DNA of 64,000 nucleotides, from the NCBI GenBank assembly GCA_964383635.1, contig CAYLIG010000006.1:145458-209457 (forward strand), in the 5' to 3' direction. Position 1 is the stretch's first letter. The number at the start of each line of letters is the position of its first letter. The translations under genes were made by a program, and so were the position numbers. This document shows, in pieces, positions 27,914-37,972 of this stretch. The notes under the pieces were generated by a model, which was given only the letters and a program-made list of their open reading frames with translations, was not told the origin of the DNA and did not search any database. Source of the stretch: an uncultured Christensenella sp. (GTDB lineage: Bacteria > Bacillota > Clostridia > Christensenellales > CAG-138).

Positions 27914-29002
27914 ATGAATTATAACGAACTCTTAACCACCGAAATGCAGGAGACGCTGAAAAAGGCCGGCTACGAAACGCCAACGCCGATTCAGGAGCAA
28001 AGCCTCGAACTCCTGCTGAACAAGAAGGACCTCATCGGCATCGCCCAGACCGGCACGGGCAAGACCGCCGCGTTTGCCGTCCCGATCATCGAGCAGGTAG
28101 ACACGGAGGACCGCAGACCGCAGGCGCTCATCCTCTGCCCCACGCGCGAGCTCGCGCTGCAGACCACGAGCGTATTTAAAAAACTCTCGCCGCATAAGAG
28201 GATGCGCACCGTGCCCATCTACGGCGGACAGTCCCCCAACGTACAGATTCAGGCGCTGCGCGGCGGCGCGCAGGTCATCGTCGGCACGCCGGGCCGCGTG
28301 AAGGATCTCATCGGCCAGCATGCGCTTAAGCTTGACAACATCCGCTATGTTGTACTCGACGAAGCGGACGAAATGCTCGACTTCGGCTTCCTGCCAGACA
28401 TCAAGTGGATTCTCGGCAAGGTCACCGGCGCGCATCAGATGATGCTCTTCTCCGCGACCATGAGCAAGGATATCGCCTCCATCGCACAGAGCTATCTGAA
28501 AAACCCCGAGACAATCGAGGTTGGCGAGCGCAACGAACCTACCAAGACCGTCCAGCAGATGAGCATCAACACGCCCGAAGGCACCAAGCTAACGACCGTG
28601 GCCTACATCATGAAGCAGACCTCCCCGCGGCTGACGCTGATCTTCTGCAACACGAGGCATCGTGTGAAGTCCGTGACGAAAAAGCTCAACGCCTCCGGCA
28701 TGGCGACCGCCTGCCTGCACGGCGATCTATCGCAAAACCAGCGCAACAACATCATGCGCGACTTCCGCGCGGGCAAGACGCCCGTGCTCGTTGCAACGGA
28801 CGTTGCCGCGCGCGGCATCGACGTGGACAACATCGACCTCGTCATCAACTACGACGTGCCGGATAAGCCGGAGTATTACGTGCACCGCATCGGCAGAACC
28901 GGACGCGCAGGGCACAACGGCCTGGCCTGCACGCTGGTCAGCGAGGACGACATCCCGCGGCTTCGCACGATCAAGCGCCAGTACAACGTATTGATGAACT
29001 AA
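27914..29002 (+). CDS. DEAD-box ATP-dependent RNA helicase
   Basis: Q motif TPTPIQ, AQTGTGKT, PTRELA, DEAD (VLDEADEML), SAT, HRIGRTGRAG. RBS gaaaaggaaa. Confidence 0.92.
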   Translation: MNYNELLTTEMQETLKKAGYETPTPIQEQSLELLLNKKDLIGIAQTGTGKTAAFAVPIIEQVDTEDRRPQALILCPTRELALQTTSVFKKLSPHKRMRTVPIYGGQSPNVQIQALRGGAQVIVGTPGRVKDLIGQHALKLDNIRYVVLDEADEMLDFGFLPDIKWILGKVTGAHQMMLFSATMSKDIASIAQSYLKNPETIEVGERNEPTKTVQQMSINTPEGTKLTTVAYIMKQTSPRLTLIFCNTRHRVKSVTKKLNASGMATACLHGDLSQNQRNNIMRDFRAGKTPVLVATDVAARGIDVDNIDLVINYDVPDKPEYYVHRIGRTGRAGHNGLACTLVSEDDIPRLRTIKRQYNVLMN

Positions 29003-29150
29003 ACAAAATCGCGACTGGAACCGGCGTTCGGGCGGCATTGCCCGGGCGCTTTTTTCGTTCTGGTGCATCCGCGCGGCTATGCTATAATGACAATGAAGCT
29101 GCATTGCATATCACCATCAGCTCAACGCTCTGAAACGGAGAATCAAACAT

Positions 29151-29909
29151 ATGGATAAATCGGAATCCCTCGAAAACATCGCGGTACTCATCGACGCGGA
29201 CAACGCGCAGCTAAGCAAGCTCTCGCTGATTCTGGAAGAGCTCTCCACCTACGGGCGGATCGTGGTCAAACGCGCCTACGGCAACTGGAAAGCGCCGTCG
29301 CTGAAAAAATGGGAGGAGACACTCAAAGCGCTCGCCATCAAGCCGGAGCAGCAGTTCGCCTATACGACCGGCAAAAACGCGACCGATCTCTCCCTCGCCA
29401 TCAGCGCGATGGATCTGCTGCACACGAACCTCTACGACGCGTTCGCGCTGGTTTCGAGCGACAGCGACTTTACGCCGCTCGCGATTCGCCTGCGCGAAGC
29501 GTGCGTCTACGTCTTCGGCGTAGGCGAGGAGAAAACGCCGCTGCCGTTTCGCAACGCCTGCGATAACTTCATCCTCACGCAAAACCTGGGTGACGAAGAC
29601 AAGAATAAGGCCGCGCCGCCGGAAGAAGCCAAGCCCGCGAAAAAGCCGGAAAAAATCGAACCACAGCCTGACATACGAGCCATTCACGGCCACCTGAAGA
29701 CCGCGAGCGAGCGCTATCAGGACGCGGACGGCTGGGTCAACATCTCCTCGGCCGGCGGCTACCTCAAGCGCGTCATGCCGGACTTCGACAGCAAGACCTA
29801 CGGCTTTTCCAAGCTCACGGATCTCATCAAGGCGTTTCCGAAAAAATATGAAACAAAGACCTATCCCGGCAAGGGCACGGTAACCATCTTCTCCTACCGC
29901 TGCCTGTAA
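29151..29909 (+). CDS. NYN-domain (LabA-like) protein with C-terminal OST-HTH/LOTUS domain
   Basis: AVLIDADNA ... SSDSDFTPLAIRLRE (NYN/PIN-like acidic residues); C-terminal GWVNISSAGGYLKRVMPDFDSKTYGFSKLTDLI. Confidence 0.85.
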   Translation: MDKSESLENIAVLIDADNAQLSKLSLILEELSTYGRIVVKRAYGNWKAPSLKKWEETLKALAIKPEQQFAYTTGKNATDLSLAISAMDLLHTNLYDAFALVSSDSDFTPLAIRLREACVYVFGVGEEKTPLPFRNACDNFILTQNLGDEDKNKAAPPEEAKPAKKPEKIEPQPDIRAIHGHLKTASERYQDADGWVNISSAGGYLKRVMPDFDSKTYGFSKLTDLIKAFPKKYETKTYPGKGTVTIFSYRCL

Positions 29910-29955
29910 CGCAAAGGATACTCTCCACCCCGAACGCAACAGGAGGATCGGCCTT

Positions 29956-30990
29956 ATGGAAAAGCAAAAAACCTACAGCCTAAAATCCGCGATCTGGATT
30001 GTTTTCCTGTTTGCCGTGCTGCTGAGTTGGGCGACATGGCTGGTTTCCCCGCTGCTCGAGCCGTTTAGACGCACGCTGCTGCCGGACGCGGGCGCCGCGT
30101 GGTACTACTGGAAGCTGCCGCACCCGGAACTTTGGGCAAGCGTGAGCATGTGGGTGCTGTATCTTTCGCATCAGGTCGTCGTCTGGTGGCTGATTGCGAA
30201 GCTAACCCACGCGCCGCGTCCCGCCGCCGGACGAATCGGCAGGTATAACCTGCTGCTTTTGATCGTCAACGCCGTGTTCATCGCGCTGCATCTCGTTCAG
30301 ACCGCGCTCTTTTACGACGCGCTTGCGCAGTTTGTGCCCGTCATGAGCTCCCAGGGGTCGGTCATCGTCATGCTCGTGATGATGCTCATCCTGCTCAACG
30401 GCCGCCGCGGTCTGTTTTTCGGAAAGCGCGTGTCCCTGCCGCCGCTCGGCGTTTCGATGACGCAGAAGGTGCACGGCTACTACATCGCCTGGGCGGTGGT
30501 ATACACGTTCTGGTTCCATCCGATGGAGGGGACGCTCGGGCACCTGCTCGGCTTCTTCTACCTCTTCCTGCTCATGGGGCAGCTCTCCCTTGCGCGGACG
30601 AGCTGGCACACCAAGATCGGCTGGCTGACGTTTCTGGAGGCGTTCGTCGCGCTGCACGGCGCGGTGGTCGCCATCCTCGCAAAAAACGGCATGTGGCCGA
30701 TGTTCTTTTTCGGATTCATGATGATGTTTATCGTCACGCAGGTATACGGCATCCTGAAAAACCGCGTCGCTATCGCCGCAATTACGGCGGTCTACGCCGC
30801 GCTCGCGCTCGTGACCTACGGCGGCGCGTTTCGAACGCTCTTTACCGGCACGCCCGTCGGCTGGGCGGATATCCACCAGATCACATGGATCCCCGTCATC
30901 CTCTACGGGCTGGTGTTCGCGCTCTGCTGGCTGCTTGCGGGCGTCGGCGCGCTGCTCAGGCGCGGAAAACAAAAAGCAGCAAACGAATAA
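29956..30990 (+). CDS. polytopic membrane protein, function unknown
   Basis: RBS aggagg; 8-9 hydrophobic segments; a clean terminator follows. Confidence 0.65.
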   Translation: MEKQKTYSLKSAIWIVFLFAVLLSWATWLVSPLLEPFRRTLLPDAGAAWYYWKLPHPELWASVSMWVLYLSHQVVVWWLIAKLTHAPRPAAGRIGRYNLLLLIVNAVFIALHLVQTALFYDALAQFVPVMSSQGSVIVMLVMMLILLNGRRGLFFGKRVSLPPLGVSMTQKVHGYYIAWAVVYTFWFHPMEGTLGHLLGFFYLFLLMGQLSLARTSWHTKIGWLTFLEAFVALHGAVVAILAKNGMWPMFFFGFMMMFIVTQVYGILKNRVAIAAITAVYAALALVTYGGAFRTLFTGTPVGWADIHQITWIPVILYGLVFALCWLLAGVGALLRRGKQKAANE

Positions 30991-30996
30991 GCCAAC

Positions 30997-31024
30997 AAAA
31001 CCGCCTTCACCGGCGGTTTTATTC
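30997..31024 (+). terminator. intrinsic terminator
   Basis: aaaaccgcc / ggcggtttt stem with a 6-nt loop, then tatt. Confidence 0.8.
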
Positions 31025-31030
31025 TGTGCA

Positions 31031-31193
31031 TTATCTTATTTAAACATCTGTCTCTTATTTGAATATTTATCTCTTGTTTAAACATCAATCTCTTCTTAAG
31101 CGTCTATCTCTTGTTTAGGCATCAATCTCTTCTTAAGCGTCTATCTCTTGTTTAAACATCTATCTATTCTTAAACATCTATCTCTTCTTGCGG
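31031..31193. repeat. tandem array of ~9 units of an 18-19-bp CT-rich repeat (TCWATCTCTTSTTWARRCR), including an exact 37-bp duplication
   Basis: Units begin at about 31031, 31047, 31066, 31085, 31103, 31122, 31140, 31159 and 31177. The segment 31085-31121 is repeated at 31122-31158, differing only at ggc/aac. The last units supply the final codons and stop of the gene at 31170-31940. Confidence 0.9.
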
Positions 31194-31940
31194 TATTCCC
31201 CGATACTGCTCCTTCGGCTTTGTATGGAACATGACGGTGATCGCTCGTTCGGGACAGGCGTTGACGCAGCGGTAGCAGACCGCGCACTTGCCCGCCTGCT
31301 CCACGCCGTGTTCCCCCATGGTCAGGTTCTGCATCGGGCAGAGCCGGGCACAGAGCCCGCAGCGGATGCAGTCCGCGTCAATCTTTACATCCCCCGCCGC
31401 TTTTTCCTCAACCGCGGGCCAGAACTTGCTCTGGCTCATCCCCATCAAAATGGAAAGCGAATTGAATCCCCTGCGCCGTGTTATGCCGCGCAGAAACTCG
31501 TCCGCCGCGCGCTGTATCCTGCGCCTTGCCGCGCGAAGGCGGCGGGCGTTCTTCGACCCGTTTTTTACGGCGAACAGCGAAAAGTTGCAGATGTTGTTCG
31601 GCATGGCCACATGCTCGGCATAGACGACGTTTGCCTCCCCGCCGGGCAGGAAAGCGCAGAGTTCATGCGCGCCGTCTCCCGAAAAAATCAGCTGTGTGCA
31701 GAGAATGACAAAACGCTTCCCCGTAAGCGCATCCGCGTGGGCCGCGACAAACTCCCGCATCGGGCGCGGCACGCTGGACCCATAGACCGGGTAGCAAAAT
31801 CCGACCGTATCGTGCGCGGATATCAGCGCGCCGAAGTCCGCGTCCTCTTCAACGCTGTGGCAGTCCGCCCCCGCCGCGCGGCTAAACCGCCGGGCGACGA
31901 ACTCCGAATTTCCCGTTCCGGAAAAGTAAAACAGAACCAT
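31170..31940 (-). CDS. flavodoxin-like / 2x[4Fe-4S] ferredoxin fusion protein (EFR1 family)
   Basis: MVLFYFSGTGNSEFVA flavodoxin-type N-terminus; CIRCGLCARLCP and CAVCYRCVNACP cluster motifs. Confidence 0.8.
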   Translation of the reverse strand: MVLFYFSGTGNSEFVARRFSRAAGADCHSVEEDADFGALISAHDTVGFCYPVYGSSVPRPMREFVAAHADALTGKRFVILCTQLIFSGDGAHELCAFLPGGEANVVYAEHVAMPNNICNFSLFAVKNGSKNARRLRAARRRIQRAADEFLRGITRRRGFNSLSILMGMSQSKFWPAVEEKAAGDVKIDADCIRCGLCARLCPMQNLTMGEHGVEQAGKCAVCYRCVNACPERAITVMFHTKPKEQYRGIPQEEIDV

Positions 31941-32106
31941 ATCGCACTCCTGATGACAGATTCAGATAAAATCAGTATACACCCGTTTTGCCGCGCACAG
32001 TGTAAAATCCGCGCGCTCTTGATCGGCGCGGGAAAAAAGTGGTATGCTGATGTATATTGTCCGGCAATGGAGCCGACTTTTGAAACAGCCAAAGGAGACC
32101 GACCGT

Positions 32107-32358
32107 ATGCTTGAATTCAAGTTTGACACACAGCTTCTTCTTGCGGGCGAACAGCTCAGCGAAGACGAAATCTTTGACTACATCACCGCCACCTTCGAAG
32201 GCGACAGCCTGCTCGCCGTCGGCGACGAATCGCTGATCAAGATCCATTTCCATACGAACCGCCCATGGGAGATTCTCGCCTATTGCGCTTCGCTCGGGGA
32301 GATCTTCGACATTGTCGTGGAAAATATGGAACGGCAGGCGGCGGGCCTGCAAGGCTGA
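32107..32358 (+). pseudogene. 83-aa stand-alone fragment resembling an internal segment of DAK2-fusion (YloV-like) proteins
   Basis: GDSLLAVGDESLIKIHFHTNRPWEILAYCASLGEIFDIVVENMERQ resembles the V-K-V-H-V-H-T-N ... NM..Q segment of YloV-type proteins (from memory). It has RBS aaaggag, but no DAK2 domain is nearby. Confidence 0.35.
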
Positions 32359-32499
32359 ACCGACGGCGCCTCACGCTCCGGCATGCGATTGCCGGAGTTT
32401 TTCTTCGGTTCATCTACCGGCGTATACTCATGATTGGCAGGGCGCGAACATCGCCCCCGTTTACAGCGTTCATCCGTTTACAGAGACAAGGGGAAAGCC

Positions 32500-33174
32500 A
32501 TGTTTCACATACTGGTTGTCGAGGACGACGCCAACGCCCGAAAACTCATGAAGGCCGTGCTTGAGCGCGCGGAATACTCCGTCTCCACCGCGGTGAACGG
32601 AGAGGACGCGCTTGCGCTCTTGGACACACAGCACGTCGACCTCATTCTGCTGGACGTCATGATGCCCGGCATGGACGGGTATGCGTTCACGAGCGAGCTG
32701 CGCAGCGTCGGCAGCGGGATTCCGATTCTGATGGTCACGGCAAAGCAGCTCCCGGCCGATAAGAAAAAAGGCTTCCTCGTCGGGACGGACGACTATATGA
32801 CAAAGCCCGTGGACACCGAAGAGATGCTGCTGCGCATCAAGGCGCTGCTGCGCCGCTCCCACATTATCAGCGAACGCAGGCTCGCCATCGGCGGCGTGGA
32901 GCTGGACTACGACGCGCTTACCGTTACACGCGGCGAGGAGAAGCAGACGCTGCCGCAAAAGGAGTTCTATCTTTTATATAAACTGCTCTCCTATCCCGAC
33001 AAGATCTTCACGCGCATCCAGCTCATGGACGAAATCTGGGGCATGGAGTCCGAAAGCGGGGACACGACGGTCAATGTGCATATCAACCGCCTGCGCAGGC
33101 GCTTTGAGAATTATCCCGAATTCGAGCTCGTTTCGGTTCGCGGTTTGGGCTACAAGGCGGTGAAAAAAGTATGA
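32500..33174 (+). CDS. OmpR-family response regulator
   Basis: Receiver domain (ILVVEDD, LILLDVMMPGMDG, MVTAK) plus a winged-helix output domain (VRGLGYK). Confidence 0.92.
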   Translation: MFHILVVEDDANARKLMKAVLERAEYSVSTAVNGEDALALLDTQHVDLILLDVMMPGMDGYAFTSELRSVGSGIPILMVTAKQLPADKKKGFLVGTDDYMTKPVDTEEMLLRIKALLRRSHIISERRLAIGGVELDYDALTVTRGEEKQTLPQKEFYLLYKLLSYPDKIFTRIQLMDEIWGMESESGDTTVNVHINRLRRRFENYPEFELVSVRGLGYKAVKKV

Positions 33175-34238
33175 AACCTCCCAGGAAAACTTTACGTCAG
33201 CGCTTCGGCCTGACGGCGCTGTTTTCGGCGATCGTCTTTATGATCCTTCTGATTACGTCGCTGGTCATCTTCGTCGTCGGCATACTTCTCGTTCGCGTCA
33301 ACGCAATCAATATCGTGAAGATGTCGCGGCACGAGCCGCTGCTTCCCATTATCTTCCTGCTCATCATCAGCGTCGTGGTCGGCACCGTGGTGTCGTTTGT
33401 CATCAGCCGCTTTCCGCTCAAGCCGATCCGCCGCGTGATCGACGCGATCAATCGCCTCGCCGCTGGAGACTTTTCCGCGCGCCTGCATCTGCCCGGCCCC
33501 GTCGCTTTTACGGATCTTGCTATCAGCTTTAACCGCATGGCGGAGGAGCTTGGCAGTATCGAACTGCTGCGCACGGATTTTGTCGATAATTTTTCGCACG
33601 AGTTCAAGACCCCGATCGTCTCCATCAAAGGCTTTGCCGAGGAACTCAAGCACGACGATCTTACGCCCGAACAGCGCGGCGAATACCTCGACATCATCAT
33701 CTCCGAATCCTCCCGGCTGACCACGCTGGCGACAAACGTGCTGAATCTCTCCCGCATAGAAAAGCAGGTGATTCTGACAAATCGCACGCGCTTCGATCTG
33801 TCCGAACAGGTGCGCCGCTGCGTGCTGTTGTTTGAAAACCAATGGGAACGGCGCCGCCTCAACCTGACCGTGGAGCTGGACGAAGTCAGCATAGTCGGGG
33901 ACGAAGAACTGCTCAGCCAGGTTTGGCTCAACCTCATCGACAACGCGGTGAAGTTCACGCCCGAGGGCGGCTGCGTTGAAATCTGCCTGCAAAAAGACGC
34001 CGCCGCCGCGCGGTTTGTCATCCATGACGACGGCTACGGCATTTCCGAAGAAGCGCAGAAGCACATCTTCGACAAGTTTTATCAGAGCGACGCCTCCCGC
34101 GCCGCCGCCGGCAACGGGCTCGGCCTCTCCATTGCCAGGCGCGTCGTCACGCTCCACGGCGGGGAGATTTCCTGCCGGAGCGAGGAAGGCGCCGGAACAG
34201 AGTTCACCGTGCAGCTGCCGCTGAACGGAACAGCATAA
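33171..34238 (+). CDS. sensor histidine kinase (2 TM, HAMP, HisKA, HATPase_c)
   Basis: H-box FSHEFKTPI; N/G boxes (NLIDNAVKF, DDGYGI, GNGLGLSI); ATGA overlap with the regulator gene. Confidence 0.92.
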   Translation: MKPPRKTLRQRFGLTALFSAIVFMILLITSLVIFVVGILLVRVNAINIVKMSRHEPLLPIIFLLIISVVVGTVVSFVISRFPLKPIRRVIDAINRLAAGDFSARLHLPGPVAFTDLAISFNRMAEELGSIELLRTDFVDNFSHEFKTPIVSIKGFAEELKHDDLTPEQRGEYLDIIISESSRLTTLATNVLNLSRIEKQVILTNRTRFDLSEQVRRCVLLFENQWERRRLNLTVELDEVSIVGDEELLSQVWLNLIDNAVKFTPEGGCVEICLQKDAAAARFVIHDDGYGISEEAQKHIFDKFYQSDASRAAAGNGLGLSIARRVVTLHGGEISCRSEEGAGTEFTVQLPLNGTA

Positions 34239-34394
34239 GAAAAAACAGATTTTCGTTCAGTTCATATTTGTCTGTTACGATAGCATCCATACAAGCGGTA
34301 AGCCCCCGTCAGGCGGCCCGGTGCTTTGGAATCAACGCTGAAAATACCCGCTTCGGATCAACCGAGGCTAAGATCAGAAAGGAACCTAACCCCT

Positions 34395-35930
34395 ATGCCG
34401 ACAAAAAAGAAAAAGTCCCGCGTCTGGCTCTGGATCGTCATCGCCGTGGTCGTCACCGTCGTGATCGGCCTGATCCTGCTGCGCGGCGCGATGCTGCGCG
34501 CCTCAGAGGCCGTATATGTTCCCTATACCGTGACCGAAGGAACGGTGGAGCGGACGATCACCGGCAGCGGCCGGCTCGCCGCTGCGGACAGTGAAACGAT
34601 GCGCCTGCCCGGCGGCGTCCGCGTCGAAAGCGTATCCGCAAAGAGCGGAGATCTCGTCAAAGCCGGAGACGTGCTCGCCACACTGGACGTTGACTCCCTG
34701 CGCGATCAGGCCGCCGCGACAAGCACGGAGCTTACCTCGCTCGATCGCCAGATCGCCTCGCGCAGCAAGGTCACGCAGGTGAAAGCCCCCGTTCGCGGAC
34801 GCGTCAAGTTTCTGCCCGCGCAAACGGGAGACGACGTGCTCTCCGTCATCGGCCGGTACGGCGCGCTTGCGCTGCTCTCCGCGGACGAACGGATGCAGGT
34901 TTCCATTACAACCGACGCGGCTCTGACACTCTATTCGGACGTCAAGGTCAGCTGGGACGGTGGAAGCGCGACCGGCATGCTCTATGAAAAGACGCCGACC
35001 GGCTATCTCGTGACGCTGACCGATAACGGCACGCCGTATCAGGCCGCGGCGCAGGTGTACGACGGCGACACGCTGCTTGGCGAAGGGACGATTGAAATCC
35101 ACTCGCCGGTTGCGGTGCTCGCGGCAGGCGGAGAGATTACGGACATCACCGTAAAGGAAAACACGCTTGTCTACGCAGGCAACAAGCTCTTCGCGCTTGA
35201 AAATGCGCCGGATTCCGCGAGCTATCAAACCGCGCTGTCCGAGCGCGCGGACAAAGCCGCGCTGTATGAAACGCTGCTTGCCTACATCGCCGACCCGCGC
35301 GTGCTTGCCAGCGCGGACGGCTTTATCGACGAGGTGCTGATTTCAAACGACACCGACATTGCCGCGGCGGCAGCCACGGACGGGCTGAGCGACGCGCTTA
35401 CCATTCACACCGGCGGCGCGGTGAAAATGAGCATCGACGCGGACGAGTTGGACATCGGCGTTGTCGCACTCGGCCAGAGCGCGAGCGTCACGCTCGACGC
35501 CTACCCGGGCGAAACGTTTGAAGCGACGGTCACGCATATCTCCCGCATCGGCGAGGTGAGCGGCACCATCACGACCTATCCCGTCGAAGTGACGCTCAAT
35601 TACGACGCCCGCCTGCTCGAAGGCATGAACGGCAGTGCGGTGATTCTCACCTCCAAGAAGGAAAACGTCGTCCTGCTGCCTCTCGATCTCATCAACGAAG
35701 ATTCGAACGGCGAATATGTCTATATGCAGGCTGCGGACGGCAGCTACACGCGCACCGGGATCACCACCGGTCTTTCCGACGGAACGAACGCCGAGGTGAC
35801 GAGCGGGCTTGCCGCGGGAGACGTGGTCTGGTATCAGGCCTCGAGCGGCAACGCGCAGCTGCAAGCCATGCTGGCGCGCAGAAACACATACGCCGAGAAC
35901 AACGGTTATCCGACCGTCGGAGGAAACTGA
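34395..35930 (+). CDS. efflux transporter periplasmic-adaptor (HlyD/MacA-like) protein
   Basis: N-terminal TM anchor (SRVWLWIVIAVVVTVVIGLILL), lipoyl-like hairpin segments (VKAGDVLATLD), and a beta-barrel C-terminus. Precedes MacB-type genes. Confidence 0.8.
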   Translation: MPTKKKKSRVWLWIVIAVVVTVVIGLILLRGAMLRASEAVYVPYTVTEGTVERTITGSGRLAAADSETMRLPGGVRVESVSAKSGDLVKAGDVLATLDVDSLRDQAAATSTELTSLDRQIASRSKVTQVKAPVRGRVKFLPAQTGDDVLSVIGRYGALALLSADERMQVSITTDAALTLYSDVKVSWDGGSATGMLYEKTPTGYLVTLTDNGTPYQAAAQVYDGDTLLGEGTIEIHSPVAVLAAGGEITDITVKENTLVYAGNKLFALENAPDSASYQTALSERADKAALYETLLAYIADPRVLASADGFIDEVLISNDTDIAAAAATDGLSDALTIHTGGAVKMSIDADELDIGVVALGQSASVTLDAYPGETFEATVTHISRIGEVSGTITTYPVEVTLNYDARLLEGMNGSAVILTSKKENVVLLPLDLINEDSNGEYVYMQAADGSYTRTGITTGLSDGTNAEVTSGLAAGDVVWYQASSGNAQLQAMLARRNTYAENNGYPTVGGN

Positions 35931-35932
35931 TC

Positions 35933-36622
35933 ATGACAGCCGGGAAACCCATCATCACCATGACCGACGTCACGAAAGTGTACATGGTCGGCGGTGAGGA
36001 GGTGCGCGCGCTGGACGGCGCGTCCCTCACCATTCACGAGGGCGAGTTTGTAAGCATTATCGGCCCGTCCGGCAGCGGCAAGAGCACGCTGATGAATATC
36101 ATCGGCTGCCTCGACGTTGCGGACAGCGGAGAATACATTCTGGATGGACAATCCATCGAGCAGTATTCCGAGGAGGAGCTGGCGCGCATCCGCAACAAAA
36201 AGATCGGATTTGTGTTTCAGAATTTCAACCTTCTCTCACGCATGAGCGCGCTGTCCAATGTGGAGCTGCCGCTGATCTATCAGCGCGTCCATCTGAACGA
36301 ACGGCGCGAACGCGCCGCCCGCGCGCTGGAGCGCGTCGGGCTCAAGGACCGCAGCAGCCACAAACCCACCGAGCTCTCCGGCGGACAGCAGCAGCGCGTT
36401 GCCATCGCGCGCGCTCTCGCCACGGATCCGGCGATCCTGCTGGCGGACGAGCCCACCGGCAACCTAGACAGCAAGACCGGCGAAGACATCATGGAGCTGT
36501 TTCACGAACTGCACCGCGCGGGCGATACCATCGTGCTGATTACGCACAACGAAGAGATCGCGGGGCTTGCGCAGCGGCGCATCCACATCATGGACGGCCG
36601 CGTATCGGAGGTGAGCGAATGA
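35933..36622 (+). CDS. ABC transporter ATP-binding protein (MacB/LolD type)
   Basis: Walker [10 protein letters not shown], signature [15 protein letters not shown], Walker [12 protein letters not shown]. Confidence 0.92.
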   Translation: MTAGKPIITMTDVTKVYMVGGEEVRALDGASLTIHEGEFVSIIGPSGSGKSTLMNIIGCLDVADSGEYILDGQSIEQYSEEELARIRNKKIGFVFQNFNLLSRMSALSNVELPLIYQRVHLNERRERAARALERVGLKDRSSHKPTELSGGQQQRVAIARALATDPAILLADEPTGNLDSKTGEDIMELFHELHRAGDTIVLITHNEEIAGLAQRRIHIMDGRVSEVSE

Positions 36623-37788
36623 TCATTCAATCGATCAAAATGGCCTGGGAGGCCATCACCTCCAATAAACTGCGCTCGTTTCTGACCATGCTTGGCATCA
36701 TCATCGGCGTGGTAGCGCTCGTGGTGCTTGTCTCCCTTGTCAACGGCGCGACCGGCGCGGTGACGAGCGAGATCACCGCGCTGGGCAACGATATGGTCAC
36801 CGTCAACATCAAGGACGACAAGGGTTCCCCCGTCCGGCTGGAGGATTTGGAAAAAATCGCCGCGCTGGACGCGGTGAACGAAGCCGCCCCGGCCGACAGC
36901 GTCAGTTTGGCCGCAAAGCACGGGTATTCGGACGCAACAATCACCCTGTACGGCACCACGCCGGCCTATTACAATATTCAGGGCCTCGAGCTTAAATACG
37001 GTCGGTTTTTGAAAACCGCGGACGTCGACAACGCCTCGTACGTCGCCGTACTTGGCTACAGCACGGCGGACGAGCTCTTCGGCAAAGCCGACGTTGTAGG
37101 GGAATCCCTCACCATCGGCGGACGGAGCTTCCTCATCATCGGCGTGCTGGAGGAGGATGATTCGCTCTTTGCCTCCATGCTCGGCGGATATTCGGTCTAT
37201 GCGCCGTTCACGGTGGAATCCCGCATGGCGGACGCACCGTATGTTACCTCCGTCTCCGTTTCTCCCGCGGGAAACACGGACGACACGGAATCCGAGGTAA
37301 ACGACTTTATGCTCGCGCGGTTTCATCAGGACGACAAAGCGTTTCGCATCGTCAACATGAGCAGCATTTCCGACGCGATGGATACGGTCACCGGCACGCT
37401 TTCGCTTTTGCTCGGCGGCATCGCGGCAATCTCGCTGCTCGTCGGCGGCATCGGCATTATGAACATCATGCTCGTCTCCGTTACAGAGCGCACGAAAGAG
37501 ATCGGCATCCGCAAGGCCATCGGCGCGGGCAAGAAGAGCATCATGATGCAGTTTCTCATCGAGGCGCTCATGGTCAGTCTCATGGGCTGTCTGCTCGGAC
37601 TTGCGTTTTCCTGGATGATTCTGGCGATTGTCTCCGCCATCGCCAAGACGATTTCGTTCTCCATGTCGCTCGGCGTGGTTCTGCTCGCGGTCGGATTCGC
37701 GTCCGCCATCGGCCTCATTTTCGGCCTGTATCCCGCCAACAAAGCGGCCAACAAACACCCGATCGACGCGCTGCGCTACGAAGGCTGA
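36619..37788 (+). CDS. ABC transporter permease (FtsX/MacB type)
   Basis: MacB_PCD-like extracytoplasmic domain and FtsX-type C-terminal TM bundle (ERTKEIGIRKAIGA); ATGA overlap with the ATPase gene. Confidence 0.9.
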   Translation: MIIQSIKMAWEAITSNKLRSFLTMLGIIIGVVALVVLVSLVNGATGAVTSEITALGNDMVTVNIKDDKGSPVRLEDLEKIAALDAVNEAAPADSVSLAAKHGYSDATITLYGTTPAYYNIQGLELKYGRFLKTADVDNASYVAVLGYSTADELFGKADVVGESLTIGGRSFLIIGVLEEDDSLFASMLGGYSVYAPFTVESRMADAPYVTSVSVSPAGNTDDTESEVNDFMLARFHQDDKAFRIVNMSSISDAMDTVTGTLSLLLGGIAAISLLVGGIGIMNIMLVSVTERTKEIGIRKAIGAGKKSIMMQFLIEALMVSLMGCLLGLAFSWMILAIVSAIAKTISFSMSLGVVLLAVGFASAIGLIFGLYPANKAANKHPIDALRYEG

Positions 37789-37972
37789 TACAAAGCGATT
37801 CACCGGCGCTCCCGCTTTTTAGAATTGAAGTGTCTGCGCACCGGAGAATTGTCGTTATCACCAGTCTTTCCTCTCACCGCGCAGCAAACGGCCCGTCGTG
37901 CTCATTCCCCCCCACGAGCGCGACGGGCATTTTTTTGTTCGAATCCGTATGAACCGGTTTTATGATTTGCCG

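Noticed and set aside
31031-31193. Possible CRISPR array
   Set aside because: The units are directly adjacent with no unique spacers, the unit length is only 18-19 bp, and no cas genes are present. It was reported as a tandem repeat instead.
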